Shown piece by piece: positions 42,382-42,634 of a DNA stretch of 42,634 bases (its first letter is position 1; each line of letters opens with the position of its first letter). The DNA lies in IMG/VR virus record IMGVR_UViG_3300035102_000151, positions 1-42,634 of that record; one strand, given 5' to 3'. A program made the position numbers and the translations under genes. The notes below the pieces were generated by a model, which saw only the letters and a list, made by a program, of their open reading frames with translations, did no database searches and had not been told where the DNA came from. The stretch comes from a virus. Taxonomy: Duplodnaviria; Caudoviricetes.

Positions 42382-42389
42382 ATAAATAT
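42382..42389 (-). promoter_or_regulatory. putative late promoter (ATATTTATAATAGAAT)
   Basis: Identical to the sheath upstream element. Confidence 0.65.
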
Positions 42390-42438
42390 ATATTAAAAAA
42401 TTTAAAAAATATTATTTTAATAAAAAAATAAAAAAAGT

Positions 42439-42470
42439 AAAAAAAAATCCTATATTTCTATAGGATTTTT
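42439..42470 (-). terminator. rho-independent terminator
   Basis: AATCCTATA...TATAGGATT followed by a T-run. Confidence 0.7.
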
Positions 42471-42512
42471 AAAAAATTGTATATTTATGTTAAATTATTT
42501 AGTAATAATTTT

Positions 42513-42632
42513 CTAATTAATAATTTTATTCAAATCATTACTTAATTTTGAAGATTTTAAATCAATAATAAATGCATTTCTAAATTTATATTGTTCAGCA
42601 AAATCCATTTCCAATATATCTATTCTTCTTTT
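42513..42632 (-). CDS. 3' end of a hypothetical protein (partial)
   Basis: Open frame from the window edge (KRRIDILEMDFAEQYKF...) to TAG. Confidence 0.45.
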   Translation of the reverse strand, partial: KRRIDILEMDFAEQYKFRNAFIIDLKSSKLSNDLNKIIN

Positions 42633-42634
42633 AA

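Overview
Very AT-rich segment of a large T4-like (myovirus, probably jumbo) phage genome. The minus strand carries the head, neck, tail and baseplate modules: acidic scaffold, gp23-like major capsid, gp18-like sheath, gp13/14/15-like neck and tail-completion proteins, and LamG-type baseplate/fibre proteins. It also carries a 16-gene tRNA array. Plus-strand islands of small early genes (including rtcB, denV and an S3-like KH protein) sit between these operons. The supplied ORF track is fragmented because the structural genes read TGA as Trp (code 4). Two paralogous Hef-like endonucleases show TGA and TGG at homologous Trp positions. The plus-strand early genes behind TTG-N20-TATATT promoters use no TGA at all (25 Trp codons counted, all TGG; stops TAA/TAG), so the code is split by expression class. 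Re-reading in code 4 reveals genes missing from the track: an R-S-E ADP-ribosyltransferase-like protein in the neck operon, Hsp20, a Vsr/DUF559 nuclease and an HExxH peptidase. Other notable items are a higher-GC, TGG-only cassette encoding a C-type-lectin DGR target with no RT/TR in the window, tRNA-Trp(CCA) with U11:A24, tRNA-Ile(UAU), long-variable-arm tRNA-Asn and tRNA-Cys, and tRNA-His without G-1. All coordinates, counts and family assignments were made by eye, with no database searches.
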